Assembly (NCBI RefSeq): GCF_006345805.1
Contig: NW_021837009.1
Span: 1-23,252, forward strand
Length of the DNA stretch: 23,252 bases
Source: Octopus sinensis
Lineage: Eukaryota
Direction: 5' to 3'
In this document: piece by piece, positions 8,258 to 19,295 of the stretch
Layout: each line of letters begins with the position of its first letter
How positions within the stretch are numbered: the stretch's first letter is position 1
Translations under genes and position numbers: made by a program
Notes under the pieces: model-generated
Seen by the model: the letters and a program-made list of their open reading frames with translations, nothing else
Databases searched by the model: none
What the model was told of the DNA's origin: nothing

Positions 8258-8460
8258 ATAATAATAATAATAATAATAATATAATAATAATAATATAATA
8301 ATAATAATAATAATAATTATAATTAAAATACATGATAATTAAAATACATTGTCGATGTGAGACTATTACTACCCCTGTATTTTATTTACTTATTTCTATC
8401 AAAAACAAAAAAAAAACACGAACTAGTGAGTTTAGTTAATGCCTACACATGTATAATATG

Positions 8461-8533
8461 AGTTTTCTTGCCCTAGGAGTCGGGAAGACACTCGGCAAGA
8501 AATGGAAGCAATTTGAAAGCAGAAGAAAAAAAA
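8461..8533 (+). mobile_element. Probable second RLE-type LINE 3' UTR remnant with (TAA)n tail
   Basis: CCCTAGGAGTCGGGAAGACACTCGGCAAG...GAAAAAAAAA(TAA)n; assignment from recalled resemblance. Confidence 0.4.
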
Positions 8534-8559
8534 ATAATAATAATAATGATAATAATAAT

Positions 8560-8757
8560 AGTCATAAGTGCAGAATAGACAACTCTACTGATGGCGACAA
8601 ATGTAGAATGTGAGAAGTGTGAAACGGTGCGGCACATCGTTAGCGAATGTCAGGAATTGACGAATACAAAAGACGACATGACAATGTGGTTAGAATGGTC
8701 CATTGGGGGCTCTGTGGAAATTACAGCCTACAAAGAGCAAATAATACGTGGTACGAG
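8560..8757 (+). mobile_element. R4/Dong-like (RLE-type) LINE fragment encoding the CCHC zinc knuckle
   Basis: With frameshifts: RIDNSTDGDKCRM / CETVRHIVSECQEL / EYKRRHDNVVRMVHWGLC...WYE, matching the CRxC..ETxxHxxSxC..L...YxxRHDxV..xHWxLC signature; (TAA)n on both sides. Confidence 0.85.
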
Positions 8758-8804
8758 TAATAATAATGTAACCATGTCGAAAAATATAGGCGTCGTATAT
8801 ATAT

Positions 8805-9035
8805 GCGTGTGTGTATGTGTTTTTTCTGTTTGTGTATGTTCCCCCAATCGCTTGACAACCAGTGTTGGTGTGTTTACATCCCTGTAACTTAGCCTTTCGG
8901 CAAAAGTGCACGATAGAATAAGTACCAGCTGTAGGAAAAAAGTACTAGGGGTTGATTCATTCCACTAAAAATACCCTCAATGCGGTGCCCCAGCTTGGTC
9001 GCACTCGAATGACTGAAAAACGTAAAAGATGAAAG
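8805..9035 (+). mobile_element. SINE family C, 3' half
   Basis: CGCTTGACAACCAGTGTTGGTGTGTTTACATCCCTGTAACTTAGC...GCGGTGCCCCAGC...AATGACTGAAA aligns to 19835-20010. Confidence 0.85.
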
Positions 9036-9062
9036 CCATAAGATATTCCAGAGCTGTTTTAT

Positions 9063-9117
9063 TTCAGCTACAGAGTACCACACCTTCATTTTAGTTACAG
9101 AGTAGCACACCTTCATT
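9063..9117 (+). repeat. Imperfect tandem duplication of about 28 bp
   Basis: TTCAGCTACAGAGTACCACACCTTCATT / TTAGTTACAGAGTAGCACACCTTCATT. Confidence 0.85.
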
Positions 9118-9585
9118 TACTCCTTCTCCTTCTACACTCCTGACCCTCTCTCTACCCATCTCTCCTCTTTCTTCTTTATGATTCCTTCTCTTTCCCTATG
9201 TATGCATATATGCGTGTAGGCGTTCCTTTACTCATTGCCTGCCACTCAAACTCGCATGTGAATTCACGCTATACCTAAGTTTTTACATCTGTATGTATCC
9301 CACCTCTCTCTCCCTTTTCCGCTCTCACTCTCACTCTCTCTTTTATTCGCTCTCTCTCTCCCTCGGTTTATACGACACAGTTCGCGACTCGAGAAATTTA
9401 CCAATCAAACAAAACACCGACCGGCATTTATATCGTATATTATTAAATAGAGATTCTCTATTTATGGCTGGCAAAAGTACGAAAGGTCTTTTGAAAAAAT
9501 AACATTAACTCCCGACGGAAATTTTACGATTAAGGCATCTCGAATCCCTCGGGTTTACCATTGTTTGAGGAGTTTTCTGTAACAC

Positions 9586-9800
9586 ATACACACATACGCA
9601 CACGTGCACATACACAAACACACACACACACACACACATACACACACAAACGCATGCGCACGTACACGTGAACATGAAAAGATAAGCACACAAAAACATA
9701 CACGTAGATGCGTACACAAGCTTTGTGACATACATACGATCCAATCACAACACAAACAATATATACACATACATACACAAGTACATATACATATACATTT

Positions 9801-9834
<34 letters not shown>

Positions 9835-10506
9835 CATTGCTACACACAGACAAAAATACACACGCACACACACACACACATATATATATATATGCAAATG
9901 TATATAGATTTGTATATACATTTATGTATGTGTACATACATATTTATATACATAACTATTGTTATTATTTTTATGTGTATGTATATATACATAGAAGGAG
10001 AGAGAGAAAGAGAGAAGGGTAGAGAGAGGGGTTGAGAGGCAGAGAAATGCGCGTGTACACACACACACACACACACACACATACACACGGGGGTGCGCGC
10101 ACACAAATACGCATAAACAAGCAATCACGTCTAATGCCTTCCTAATAGAAAGGAGATCAATAAGTAGATATATCGATGGGTAATAAAGATCGTCAAGGTG
10201 GGCGGGGGGGGGCGTAGGATTTCAAAAGATGCAGGTAGGAAATTGATGGACAGATAGAAACTGATGGATGGATAGAGAGAAAGAGGCAGACAAAGGGAGG
10301 GAGAGAGAGAAAGAGAAAGTGAAAGTGAATAGGATAAAAGGAGAGAGAGAGAGAGAGAGAGATTCATTCAGAGGTTAGTATATCATGACATAACGAAAAC
10401 AAAAATTTAAAGTGCATGCTACACACATTTAAGAATGCACACACACACACACACACACACATATATACGTAATATATGTATATGTATCAAAAATACCTAT
10501 ATATAC

Positions 10507-10566
<60 letters not shown>

Positions 10567-10585
10567 TATATATATATATACATAC

Positions 10586-10643
<58 letters not shown>

Positions 10644-10735
10644 CATATATATATATATTATATATATATATATATTATATATATATATATATATCTATAT
10701 AAATATATATACATATATATAGATAGATATTATAT
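9586..10735. repeat. Mixed (CA)n/(TA)n/(GA)n low-complexity field with short unique interruptions
   Basis: Read directly. Confidence 0.9.
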
Positions 10736-10853
10736 ACATGCAGGTGTAGTTTGTTTGTGATTGTGTATGTGTGTAATATACCCAAAGTGCATATCTACTT
10801 TCGGAAATAGATATTCACTGATTTGTTGTATCATACCTGGTCGCAATTTATTG

Positions 10854-10938
<85 letters not shown>

Positions 10939-11047
10939 GTACCTACCTACCTACCTATCTACCTACCTACCTACCTACCTACCTACCTACCTACCTATCT
11001 ATGTATGTATGTATGTATGTATGTATGTATGTATGTATGTATATATG

Positions 11048-11105
<58 letters not shown>

Positions 11106-11109
11106 CCTA

Positions 11110-11155
<46 letters not shown>

Positions 11156-11200
11156 ATATATATATCTATCTAGCTATCTATCTATCTATCTATCTATCTG
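10854..11200. repeat. Compound tetranucleotide array (TATC)n-(TACC)n-(TATG)n-(TATC)n
   Basis: Read directly. Confidence 0.97.
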
Positions 11201-11659
11201 CCTGTCTTCTTTTACCTGCCAAATCATTTTTAGATCAATTACAACCCCTATATTTGTTGTTGCTTATTATTTCCATCGATTTCTCTATCTATTGATCTCG
11301 AACGTTGATCAATATAGTATGAATGGAGTTCGCTAGGCAGAAACTACGCGGAAGCACCACGTGTTGCGCGTACACGTGTGTGTAAGTGTGTAACCTATGT
11401 GCATATGCGTGTTTGCGTGTGACAATGTATGTGCGTTTACTCGATTACCGACCTCTAACGCCCCTGTGAAGTGCCAAGGATCTAAAGAACGGTGAAGACT
11501 GCTGTTTCTGTCGGTCTCACCATGGCAATTCCAGTTATCCAATGATTGTCACACTGGAAACCACTAACACGTGTTGCTTACAATTTGCAAACTGATAATA
11601 ATCATAATGACAATAATCAAAATAATAATTAAAACATAAATAATAATAAAATATTAATT

Positions 11660-11670
11660 ACGCACACACG

Positions 11671-11704
<34 letters not shown>

Positions 11705-11736
11705 TATATATATAATATATATATATATATGATATA

Positions 11737-11771
<35 letters not shown>

Positions 11772-11852
11772 GATATATATACATATATACATATATATAT
11801 ACACATATACACACATATATATACACATATATATACACACATATATATATAC

Positions 11853-11891
<39 letters not shown>
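11660..11891. repeat. (TA)n/(TACA)n microsatellite
   Basis: Read directly. Confidence 0.95.
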
Positions 11892-11892
<1 letters not shown>

Positions 11893-12029
11893 GCCCACAT
11901 GCAATGTATTTAAGGTATAACATTTCACTTGCATATATAAGGTTTATTATGATAACGATACATGGAAATTCTCTCGGATCCTCTTTTTAACGCATTTTGC
12001 TTTCTCATATACTATTTGGAAGAGAAGGA

Positions 12030-12213
12030 AGACGATGGAGATAAGGATGGTGGTGGGGGTGATGATGATGATGATGATGATGATAAGAATGCTTCCATAA
12101 ATACGAGGAGTTTAATAATGATGATAATTTAAAGAAACAGACGAAGCCAAAATAAAAAGGCAACGAGTTACATTGGCGTACAGTATATAGGCCACTGGAA
12201 TAACAATGGCTGG

Positions 12214-12245
<32 letters not shown>

Positions 12246-13459
12246 CCACAACAACAACAATAACAACAACAACAACAACAATATAATAATTTGGATAATA
12301 TGGGAAAGACGAAGCAATAAAAGAATAACAAATAATGTTAATGGAAATAATATCAATGATAAAGATGATGATGATGATAATGATAAAAAGGAGGAGGAGG
12401 AGGTGGTGGATGTTGTTGCTGCTGCTGTTGCTGATGGTGGTGGTGAGGATGATGGTGGTGAGGATGATGGTGGTGTTGGTGGTGGTTGTGGAAGTATTGT
12501 GACGATTACAATGATGATGTGGGGGGTTATAGAGGTAATAAGAGCAAGAAAAAGAAGGAGGAGGGGAAGACGAAGAAGAAGAGGAAATAGGGAAAGAAGA
12601 AAAAGAAGAAGGAGGAGGAGGAGAAGATGGAGAAGAAGGGGAAGTAGAAGAAGAAGAAGAGAAGAAGGAAGAAGAAGAAGAAGAAGAAGTAGATGAATGA
12701 GAAGGAGGAGGAGGGGAAGACTAAGAAGAAGGGGAAGAAGAAGAAGGAGAAGAAGAAGTAGGGGAAGAGGAAGAAGAAGAAGAAGAACAAAAAGGAGGTG
12801 TAGGGGAAGACGAAGACGAAGAAGAAGAAGAAGAAGAAGAAGGAGAAGAAGAAGAAGAAGAAGAAGAAGAAGAAGAAAAAGAAGAAGAAGAAAAGGAGAT
12901 GAGACAAGGGAGAAGATGAGGAAGAAGGGGAAGAAGAAGCTGTTGATGAGGAGGAGGTGGAGGAAGGCAAAATGGCCGATGATGACAACACTGATGGTCG
13001 GGATGAGGATAAAGGTGATGCTGATAAAAATGACAATGAGAACGATGATGAGGAAGAGGAGGAGAAGGAGAAGGAGGAGGTGGTGGTGGTGGAAGAGGAA
13101 ACAGCAGATGTAAAGGATAATTAGAAAAAGAAGAAAAGAAAGAAGCAGTTGAAAAAGAGGAAGGGGAGGAAGGAGAGGAAGTAAACAGTGTGCCCCCTCC
13201 CCCATAAAAATAACGAATGAGGGGGGAACAAATAACGCGAAAAAGAACAATAATAATAATAAAAATAATGATAATAATAATAATAACAACAACAACAACA
13301 ACAACAGCAACAGCAACAACAATAATAATAACAATAATGATGATGATGATGATGATGATGATAATGATGATGATGATAATAAGAAATAATAATAATGATA
13401 ATATAATATAATAATGATGATAATGATAATAATAATAATGATAATAATATGATAATAAA

Positions 13460-13507
<48 letters not shown>

Positions 13508-13802
13508 GTAATAATAACAGCAGCAGCAGCAGCAGTAGAATAGAATGAATATCAAGTCATATGTTATATAGAGAGAGGTTATTGACAAGAAAACAAGAAC
13601 AACAACAATATCAGGACTATAATAAGGTTAGTAGGATATAAAGTCTGGTAGACATAGTTCTCTTGGGGGGATGCTTGTTGTTGTTGTTGTTGTTGATGGT
13701 GGTGGAGGCGGTGGAGGTGATGGAGGTGATGGTCGGGGTGGACAGTGATACTGGTGGTCGCGAAACTGCTCGTCGTGGTGGCGGCAATGGCGATGACGTT
13801 GA

Positions 13803-13835
<33 letters not shown>

Positions 13836-13955
13836 GGATGATGATGATGACGGTGGTGGTGTTGGTGTTGTTTAGTGCACGTGCTGGTAACGGACTTAAC
13901 CCCTCCCCCCAAATTTCAAGTTCTGTGTCTATACCTGAGAGGACTATTATTATTA

Positions 13956-14002
<47 letters not shown>
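12030..14002. repeat. About 2 kb compound trinucleotide field: GAT, AAC, AAT, GGT, GAA/GGA, CAG, GTT, ATT
   Basis: Read directly; source of the poly-L/R/I/M/F ORFs in the track. Confidence 0.95.
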
Positions 14003-14472
14003 GAGTGAGAGAGCAGTTCATGCCATCAAAGTGACACTGGGGTAAAATATACGAAGCCCAGTATACCCATCATGACTACCCGTCTGATAAGGGTACACCA
14101 GGCACATGCATCACAACCATATGTGCGCGATATGGTGATCTCATATCAAGATAAACGCACATGACCTTGCAGGTGGGGTCCAGTTAGAATTTTCTTCTGG
14201 TTGAGTAGCCATCCCGCTCAAAAGGTCCTGAATAAGGGTTGTTTAAGGATGTGAAAGAACCACCCATGTTTCCAGAGGTGAACTATTCAAACCCCAAAGA
14301 ATCCCTCTCAACACATGGCTATGATGCTCCCCCACTACTTCTGCTCGTGATCAGAGATGCACATATCGTCAGCCACTAAGGGACATGCTCAACTGGGTAA
14401 GTCAAACAACTGACAAGCAAATCTGTGGTATTGAGCAGAATATTTGCTATAGCCCATCTTTTATACCAAGAC
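14003..14472 (-). mobile_element. Non-coding interspersed element of about 470 bp inserted in (ATT)n/(TAA)n
   Basis: Complex, GC-richer sequence sharply bounded by ATT arrays; no ORF; orientation inferred from the (AAT)n tail on the minus strand. Confidence 0.55.
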
Positions 14473-14473
14473 A

Positions 14474-14546
<73 letters not shown>

Positions 14547-14550
14547 GTTA

Positions 14551-14581
<31 letters not shown>

Positions 14582-14612
14582 TATTATCATTATTATTATT
14601 ATTATTATTATC

Positions 14613-14681
<69 letters not shown>
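14473..14681. repeat. (ATT)n array with ATC variants
   Basis: Read directly. Confidence 0.98.
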
Positions 14682-14682
<1 letters not shown>

Positions 14683-14899
14683 GGTGGTGAGCTGGCAGAA
14701 TCGGTAGCACGCAGGGCAAAATGCTTCGCAGAATTTCGTCCATCTTTACGTTCTGAGTTCAAACTGCACCGTGGTCGACTTTGCCTTTCATCCTTTCGGG
14801 GTTGATACATTCAGTACCAGTGAAACACTGGGGTCAATATAATCGACTATCCCCTCCCCACAACATTTCAGGCCTTTTGCCTTTAGTAGAAAGGATTAT
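14682..14899 (+). mobile_element. SINE family A
   Basis: GGTGGTGAGCTGGCAGAATC head, GAGTTCAAAC B-box, GCCTTTCATCCTTTCGGGGTTGATA block. Confidence 0.9.
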
Positions 14900-15230
14900 T
14901 ACCTCCGCCTTAGCGAAGGCGGAGGTATTGTTTTCAGTCGCGTTTGTTTGTTTGTTCGTGGACAAGATATCTCAAGAAATGCTGGATGGATCCGGATGAA
15001 AATTTCAGGGATGATCAGCCTCGTGCCTGTCACAAACTGATTCGATTCTGGAATCGATTCGGTTCCGGACAAGGATTCTGGATGATTTTTCCTGTTTTTT
15101 GAATAATTTTTTGAGAGCAGTCGGGTTCATTTTTAGTATTCTCATTTGTGAGATCAGTCGAGTTTATTTCAGTTATTCTCATTTTAAAAATCATCTCTGG
15201 CTAATCGATGAGAGGTATGCTTACAGTCCC
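14895..15230 (+). mobile_element. Probable Helentron-associated (HINE/DINE-1-like) non-autonomous element; 3' boundary uncertain
   Basis: Starts TTATTACCTCCGCC with perfect hairpin ACCTCCGCCTT-AGCG-AAGGCGGAGGT (14901-14926) followed by (GTTT)n, the architecture of DINE-1-like elements. Confidence 0.6.
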
Positions 15231-15793
15231 TCCATCCTAAAAATAGCAGCTAAATTACCCAAAATCCACACGGCCTGCCGTTTTACAAGTAAAATAAATA
15301 ACACGTCATAACCAACGAGGTTTTTGATGCATGCACGCTGCCTGAAAAACATATGGACGGGGTGGTCACATTTAGAAAGCTTCTGATCATAAGTCTGCAT
15401 AATCAAAGCTGAATATGGCTAAGCAACAGCAACAATCACAACAAAAACTACAACGACGATAGTAACAACAACATTATCAATAACAAAACGCCTACCTACG
15501 TGATATGATTTATAATAGTAGCTGCATACGTACCTGAAAAATAGGAAAAAAAGAAAAATATAAATATTTTGCGAAAATATCAAATTGTTAAAAAAAAAAA
15601 GAATCATTGCAAATGATTAATATGTTTTCTGTCACATTAAATACATTTCCTGCAGCAAAAAATAATTCTTTTTACATTAAATATATATTTTTGTCACATT
15701 AACAGGTGCTAACCGTGTTTCAACAAGTGTGTACAGGTTTTTCATTAATTTTTGTATAATGGTTTTTAAATAAAGTATTTAAATAATGTGTCT

Positions 15794-16341
15794 AGAATCG
15801 CCGGTGCTAGCATTGGAATGCACCAGCCCCGGTATTCGGTCCCCAGAAGAATAAAGCTAAGTGAAAGGAAAAAACCCTAATTTGTCATCTTCAATTCGGT
15901 TTTCGTGCCCATCTTTACCTCAGGTCCTCAACGACGGATAATGACCGAAAGAGAACGATCACGAATACAAAAGAACGACATGAGGTTCCTCAGAAAGGTC
16001 CCAAGGAAAAAGTTACTGGACTGGGTAAGGAACACAGGGATCAAGGAGTTTCTCCATGTCGAGCTGTTACTTCTCCGCATTGAGAGATCACTACTTTGAT
16101 TCGAATGTCGGAAGAAAGAATCGCATGACGGATTCTTCAAGTTGAGCCAACCAGCGAGTAAGGGCAGACAGAGGACGAGATGGCTGGATAAGATCTAAAG
16201 TATCACTCGGTCATACCTGGGAATCCAACCGGAATGAAAAAACGACGGTTGCTTCTGAAAGAACCCTCCCTGTCGAGGAGGTGCCTGAGGACACTACCCC
16301 TAGAATCTTCCCAGGAATAGTGGGCGGAGAAAATTGATGGA
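15794..16341 (+). mobile_element. RTE-clade LINE 3' fragment (Expander/Rex3-like), pseudogenised
   Basis: RIAGASIGM...KLSERKKP*..FVPIFTSG..MTERERSRIQKNDMRFLRKV...LLLRIERS, then RMSEERIA*RILQVEPT and GRQRTRWLDKI, matching RTE ORF C-termini (VPTLTYG..MTERxRSRIQAAEMxFLRRV..LLLRIERSQ..GRPRTRW). Confidence 0.88.
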
Positions 16342-16452
16342 AAGGCAAAGTCAACCTCGGTGGGATTTGAACTCAGAATGTAAAGAATCGGACGAAATGC
16401 CGCTAAGTCTTTTTTTCTGGAGAGCTAACACTTCTGCAAGCGCGCCGCCTTA
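16336..16452 (-). mobile_element. SINE family A, 5' part
   Basis: Reverse complement AAGGCGGCGCGCTTGCAGAAGTGTTAGC...GAGTTCAAATCCCACCGAGGTTGACTTTGCC. Confidence 0.85.
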
Positions 16453-16474
16453 AAACGGTTTAGTAACTGGGAAA

Positions 16475-16694
16475 TATCTGGGTTCAAATTTTGGCATAAG
16501 GCCAACAATTTCGGGTGTGGGTGTAAATCGATTATATCGACCCCAGTTGTAAACTGGTACTTATTTTATCGAGTCCGAATGGATGAAAGACAAAGTCGAC
16601 CTTGGTGTAATTTGAACACAAAACGTACAGAACCAAACGAAATGCTGCCAAGCCTTTTGCCTGGCGCAGTGACGCTTCTGCAAGCCACCGCCTT
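16475..16694 (-). mobile_element. SINE family A
   Basis: CTGGTACTTATTTTATCGA...GGATGAAAGACAAAGTCGACC...GCAAGCCACCGCCTT is the reverse complement of the family A block. Confidence 0.85.
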
Positions 16695-16728
16695 AAAACA
16701 ATTTATTCAGAAATTATTAAACATGTGG

Positions 16729-17114
16729 ATGGAAGCACTCCGTCGGTTGCGACGACGAGGTTCCGGTTGATCCCAATCAACGGAACAGCCTGCTCGTGAA
16801 ATTAACGTGTAAGTGGCTGAGCACTCCACAGACACGTGTACCCTTAACGTAGTTCTCGGGGATATTCAGCGTGACACAGAGAGTGACAAGGCCGGCCCCT
16901 TGAAATACAGGTACAACAGAAACAGGAAGTAAGAGTGAGAGAAAGTTGTGGTGAAAGAGTACAGTAGGGATCACCACCATCCCCTGCCGGAGCCTCATGG
17001 AGCTTTTAGGTGTTTTCGCCTAATAAACACTCACAACGCCCGGTCTGGGAATCGAAACCGCGATCCTATGACCGCGAGTCCGCTGGCCTAACCACTGGGC
17101 CATTGCGCCTCCAC
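16729..17114 (-). mobile_element. tRNA-derived SINE family B, near full length
   Basis: Minus-strand A-box TGGCCCAGTGGTTAG (17088-17102) and B-box GGTTTCGATTCCC (17047-17059); body matches 1655-2003. Confidence 0.92.
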
Positions 17115-17627
17115 ACATTAAACATTTAAAACCGTAACATGGTAACACAGTCTGTTTGTCACATTGACAGGTATTTAAATGTATTTACAAGCGTTTTGAA
17201 CATGAATTGTTTTAATATATTTCGTCTCTAATCTAAATTACACACATTGGCACACAGACACAAACGTCCCTGGTAACTACGGAAACATTAAACGTGCAAA
17301 AGTAAACTGAGTCATGAAATAGGCTTTCTTTTGCGCTGACACCTGTTTCGATACGTTTACAGGTATTTAAATACGAACATAAACTGCTTTACAAATAATG
17401 CTTCATATATGGAATGAACGAGGGAGAAATTTTAAAAGGGTTTTATATTGGATTAGATTAATCTCGGCTGAGACTAATGACACTTATGGCATGAAAATTC
17501 ACCCCCAGAAGTATGAAGTAAAAGAGAGATCTGTCCGAAGAGTCTGAGACTTTGGAGAAACGAATCTAAAATACTGTATAATATTTAACCTGTTATAATA
17601 GCCATTTGTTCTTCTCTGACCTTTCAA

Positions 17628-18250
17628 TAAAGTATTAAATGCAAAATGTGTTGAGGGGCAGTTAATCCGGTCTTTGCGTTGGGTGCAGCGGTTAATCCAT
17701 CAGTACAATGTTGAGAATACTGAATTAAATGCTGCCTTGTAATATGTACAGAATGGTGGTTAATCCTGCGACAACATGTTAAGTGTTCGAGTTAATCCTG
17801 TAGCATAAAGTATTGAATGAACCAATTAATCAATTGATCCTCTTCTATGACGTGTTGAGCACAGATGTTAATCCTGTGGCAAAATGTGTTGAATGAACCA
17901 GTTAATCCTGTCTTAAACGCATAGAACGTAGAAGTTAATCTTTTGTCATATCGGGATGATTGCATCACTTAATCCTATTGCATAACATGTTGAATGTAGC
18001 AGTTGATCTTGTAAGATAATGTGCTGAGTATAACGATTAATCCTGTCTTATAATCTGTTGAATGTAGCAGTTTATTATGTGATTTGATGTGTTAAGTAAA
18101 GTAGTTAATCTTTTGTTGCATAACGTGTTAAGAATAACAATTAACCCTGTGTTAGAATGTGTTGGATGTAGCAGTCAAACATGTTGTATAACTAGCTGAG
18201 GATTAGAGAGAGTTAGAGTTAATCCTGTGGTATAATGTGTTGAGTGAGCT
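17628..18250 (+). repeat. Degenerate minisatellite, period about 34 bp, roughly 17 units
   Basis: GTTAATCC-like anchors at 17661, 17691, 17759, 17791, 17867, 17901, 17934, 17968, 18002, 18036, 18105, 18140, 18218; consensus near GTTAATCCTGTNGYATAATGTGTTGAATGTAGCA. Confidence 0.85.
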
Positions 18251-18504
18251 AATAGTGATTTCTAACATAATCCAACATAAACCCATTTGGGAAGAAAAAT
18301 TTAGCTGATTAAATTTATCCTTATGCTAAAGTGGGACATTTTTATCGATCGTAGAAGAGCGAAAAACGAAGCGTAGACTAAATACGATTATGTGTTAGCT
18401 TCATCAGAGCCAAAATTCTAGAAAGCTGCTCAGCATAAAAAAAAGAGACGCTCAGCCATTATACTCTTTTCGACTTGAATGTAATATTTTCCGCCAGATG
18501 GCAT

Positions 18505-18600
18505 GGCTGCGTGGCACCTTGAACAAGTATCATAATCCTGGGCTGAATGATACCTTGTGAATAAATTTGATACACGGAAACTGGAAGGCCGTTGGATGTG
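18505..18600 (+). mobile_element. SINE family C, old internal fragment
   Basis: CTGCGTGGCACCTTGAACAAGT...CCTTGTGAATAAATTTGATACACGGAAACTG aligns to 19686-19770. Confidence 0.65.
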
Positions 18601-18620
18601 TGCATGCTGATATATATGTA

Positions 18621-18842
18621 TTTCTTTACTACCCACAAGGGGCTAAACACAGAGAGGACAAACAAACGGATTTAGTCGATTATATCGACCCCAGTACGTA
18701 ACTGGTACTTATTTAATCGACCCCGAAAGGATGAAAGGTAAAGTCGACCTCGGCGGAATTTGAACTCACAACGTAGCGGCAGACGAAATACGGCTACGCA
18801 TTTCGCCCGGCGTGCTAACGTCTCTGCCAGCTTGCCGCCTTA
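18621..18842 (-). mobile_element. SINE family A, full length
   Basis: Reverse complement closely parallels 5446-5670 from head (AAGGCGGCAAGCTGGCAGAGACGTTAGCACGCCGGGCGAAATG) to tail. Confidence 0.92.
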
Positions 18843-19027
18843 AATATATATGTGTGTGTGTGTATGTTTGTGCGTGCGTGTGCGCATGTGCGTGCTTGTG
18901 TGTGTGTGTGTGTGTGTTTGTGTGTGTGTTTGTGTGTGTTAATCCTGTCTTAAAACGCATAGAACGTAGCAGTTAATCTGTTGTCATATCGGGATGATTG
19001 TTTGTGTGCGTGTGCGTATGTGTGTGC

Positions 19028-19063
<36 letters not shown>

Positions 19064-19074
19064 ATGCGTGTGTG

Positions 19075-19295
19075 TTTGTGTCTATGTTTGTTAACCCCAC
19101 CTGCCGTCATCGCTTGACAGCCAGTGTTATTTACTTTCCCGTAACTTCTGCAAATGAGACACTTAGAAAAAGTGTCAGTATTAAAATAGACATAAAAATA
19201 CTGAGGGTCGATTTCTTCGACAAAGCCTTTCAGTTCGGTGCTACTTGCGCGAACGCAGTCCAATGATTGAACCAAGCAAAAGAAACAAAACGACA
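19075..19295 (+). mobile_element. SINE family C, degraded 3' half
   Basis: CGCTTGACAGCCAGTGTT...GGGTCGATTTCTTCGAC...GCAGTCCAATGATTGAACCAAG. Confidence 0.7.

Noticed and set aside
11497-11525. Minus-strand GAAACAGCAGUC resembling a hammerhead 3' half
   Set aside because: No CUGANGA-like core or stem II at the right distance.
14100-14190. Possible HDV-like ribozyme in the ATT-inserted element
   Set aside because: A P4-like hairpin exists but I could not place the catalytic C or the nested pseudoknot.
15685-17370. Short similarities TTTGTCACATT(A/G)ACAGGT at about 15690 and 17155 and related TGTTTC..TACAGGT motifs
   Set aside because: Too short and AT-rich to define a repeat family by eye.
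17531-17570. CCGAAGA...GAAAC hammerhead-like spacing
   Set aside because: U4 is altered, and stems I, II and III do not close properly.
17628-18250. CRISPR-like periodicity of about 34 bp
   Set aside because: Units are contiguous degenerate tandem copies with no unique spacers, there are no cas genes, and the context is eukaryotic.
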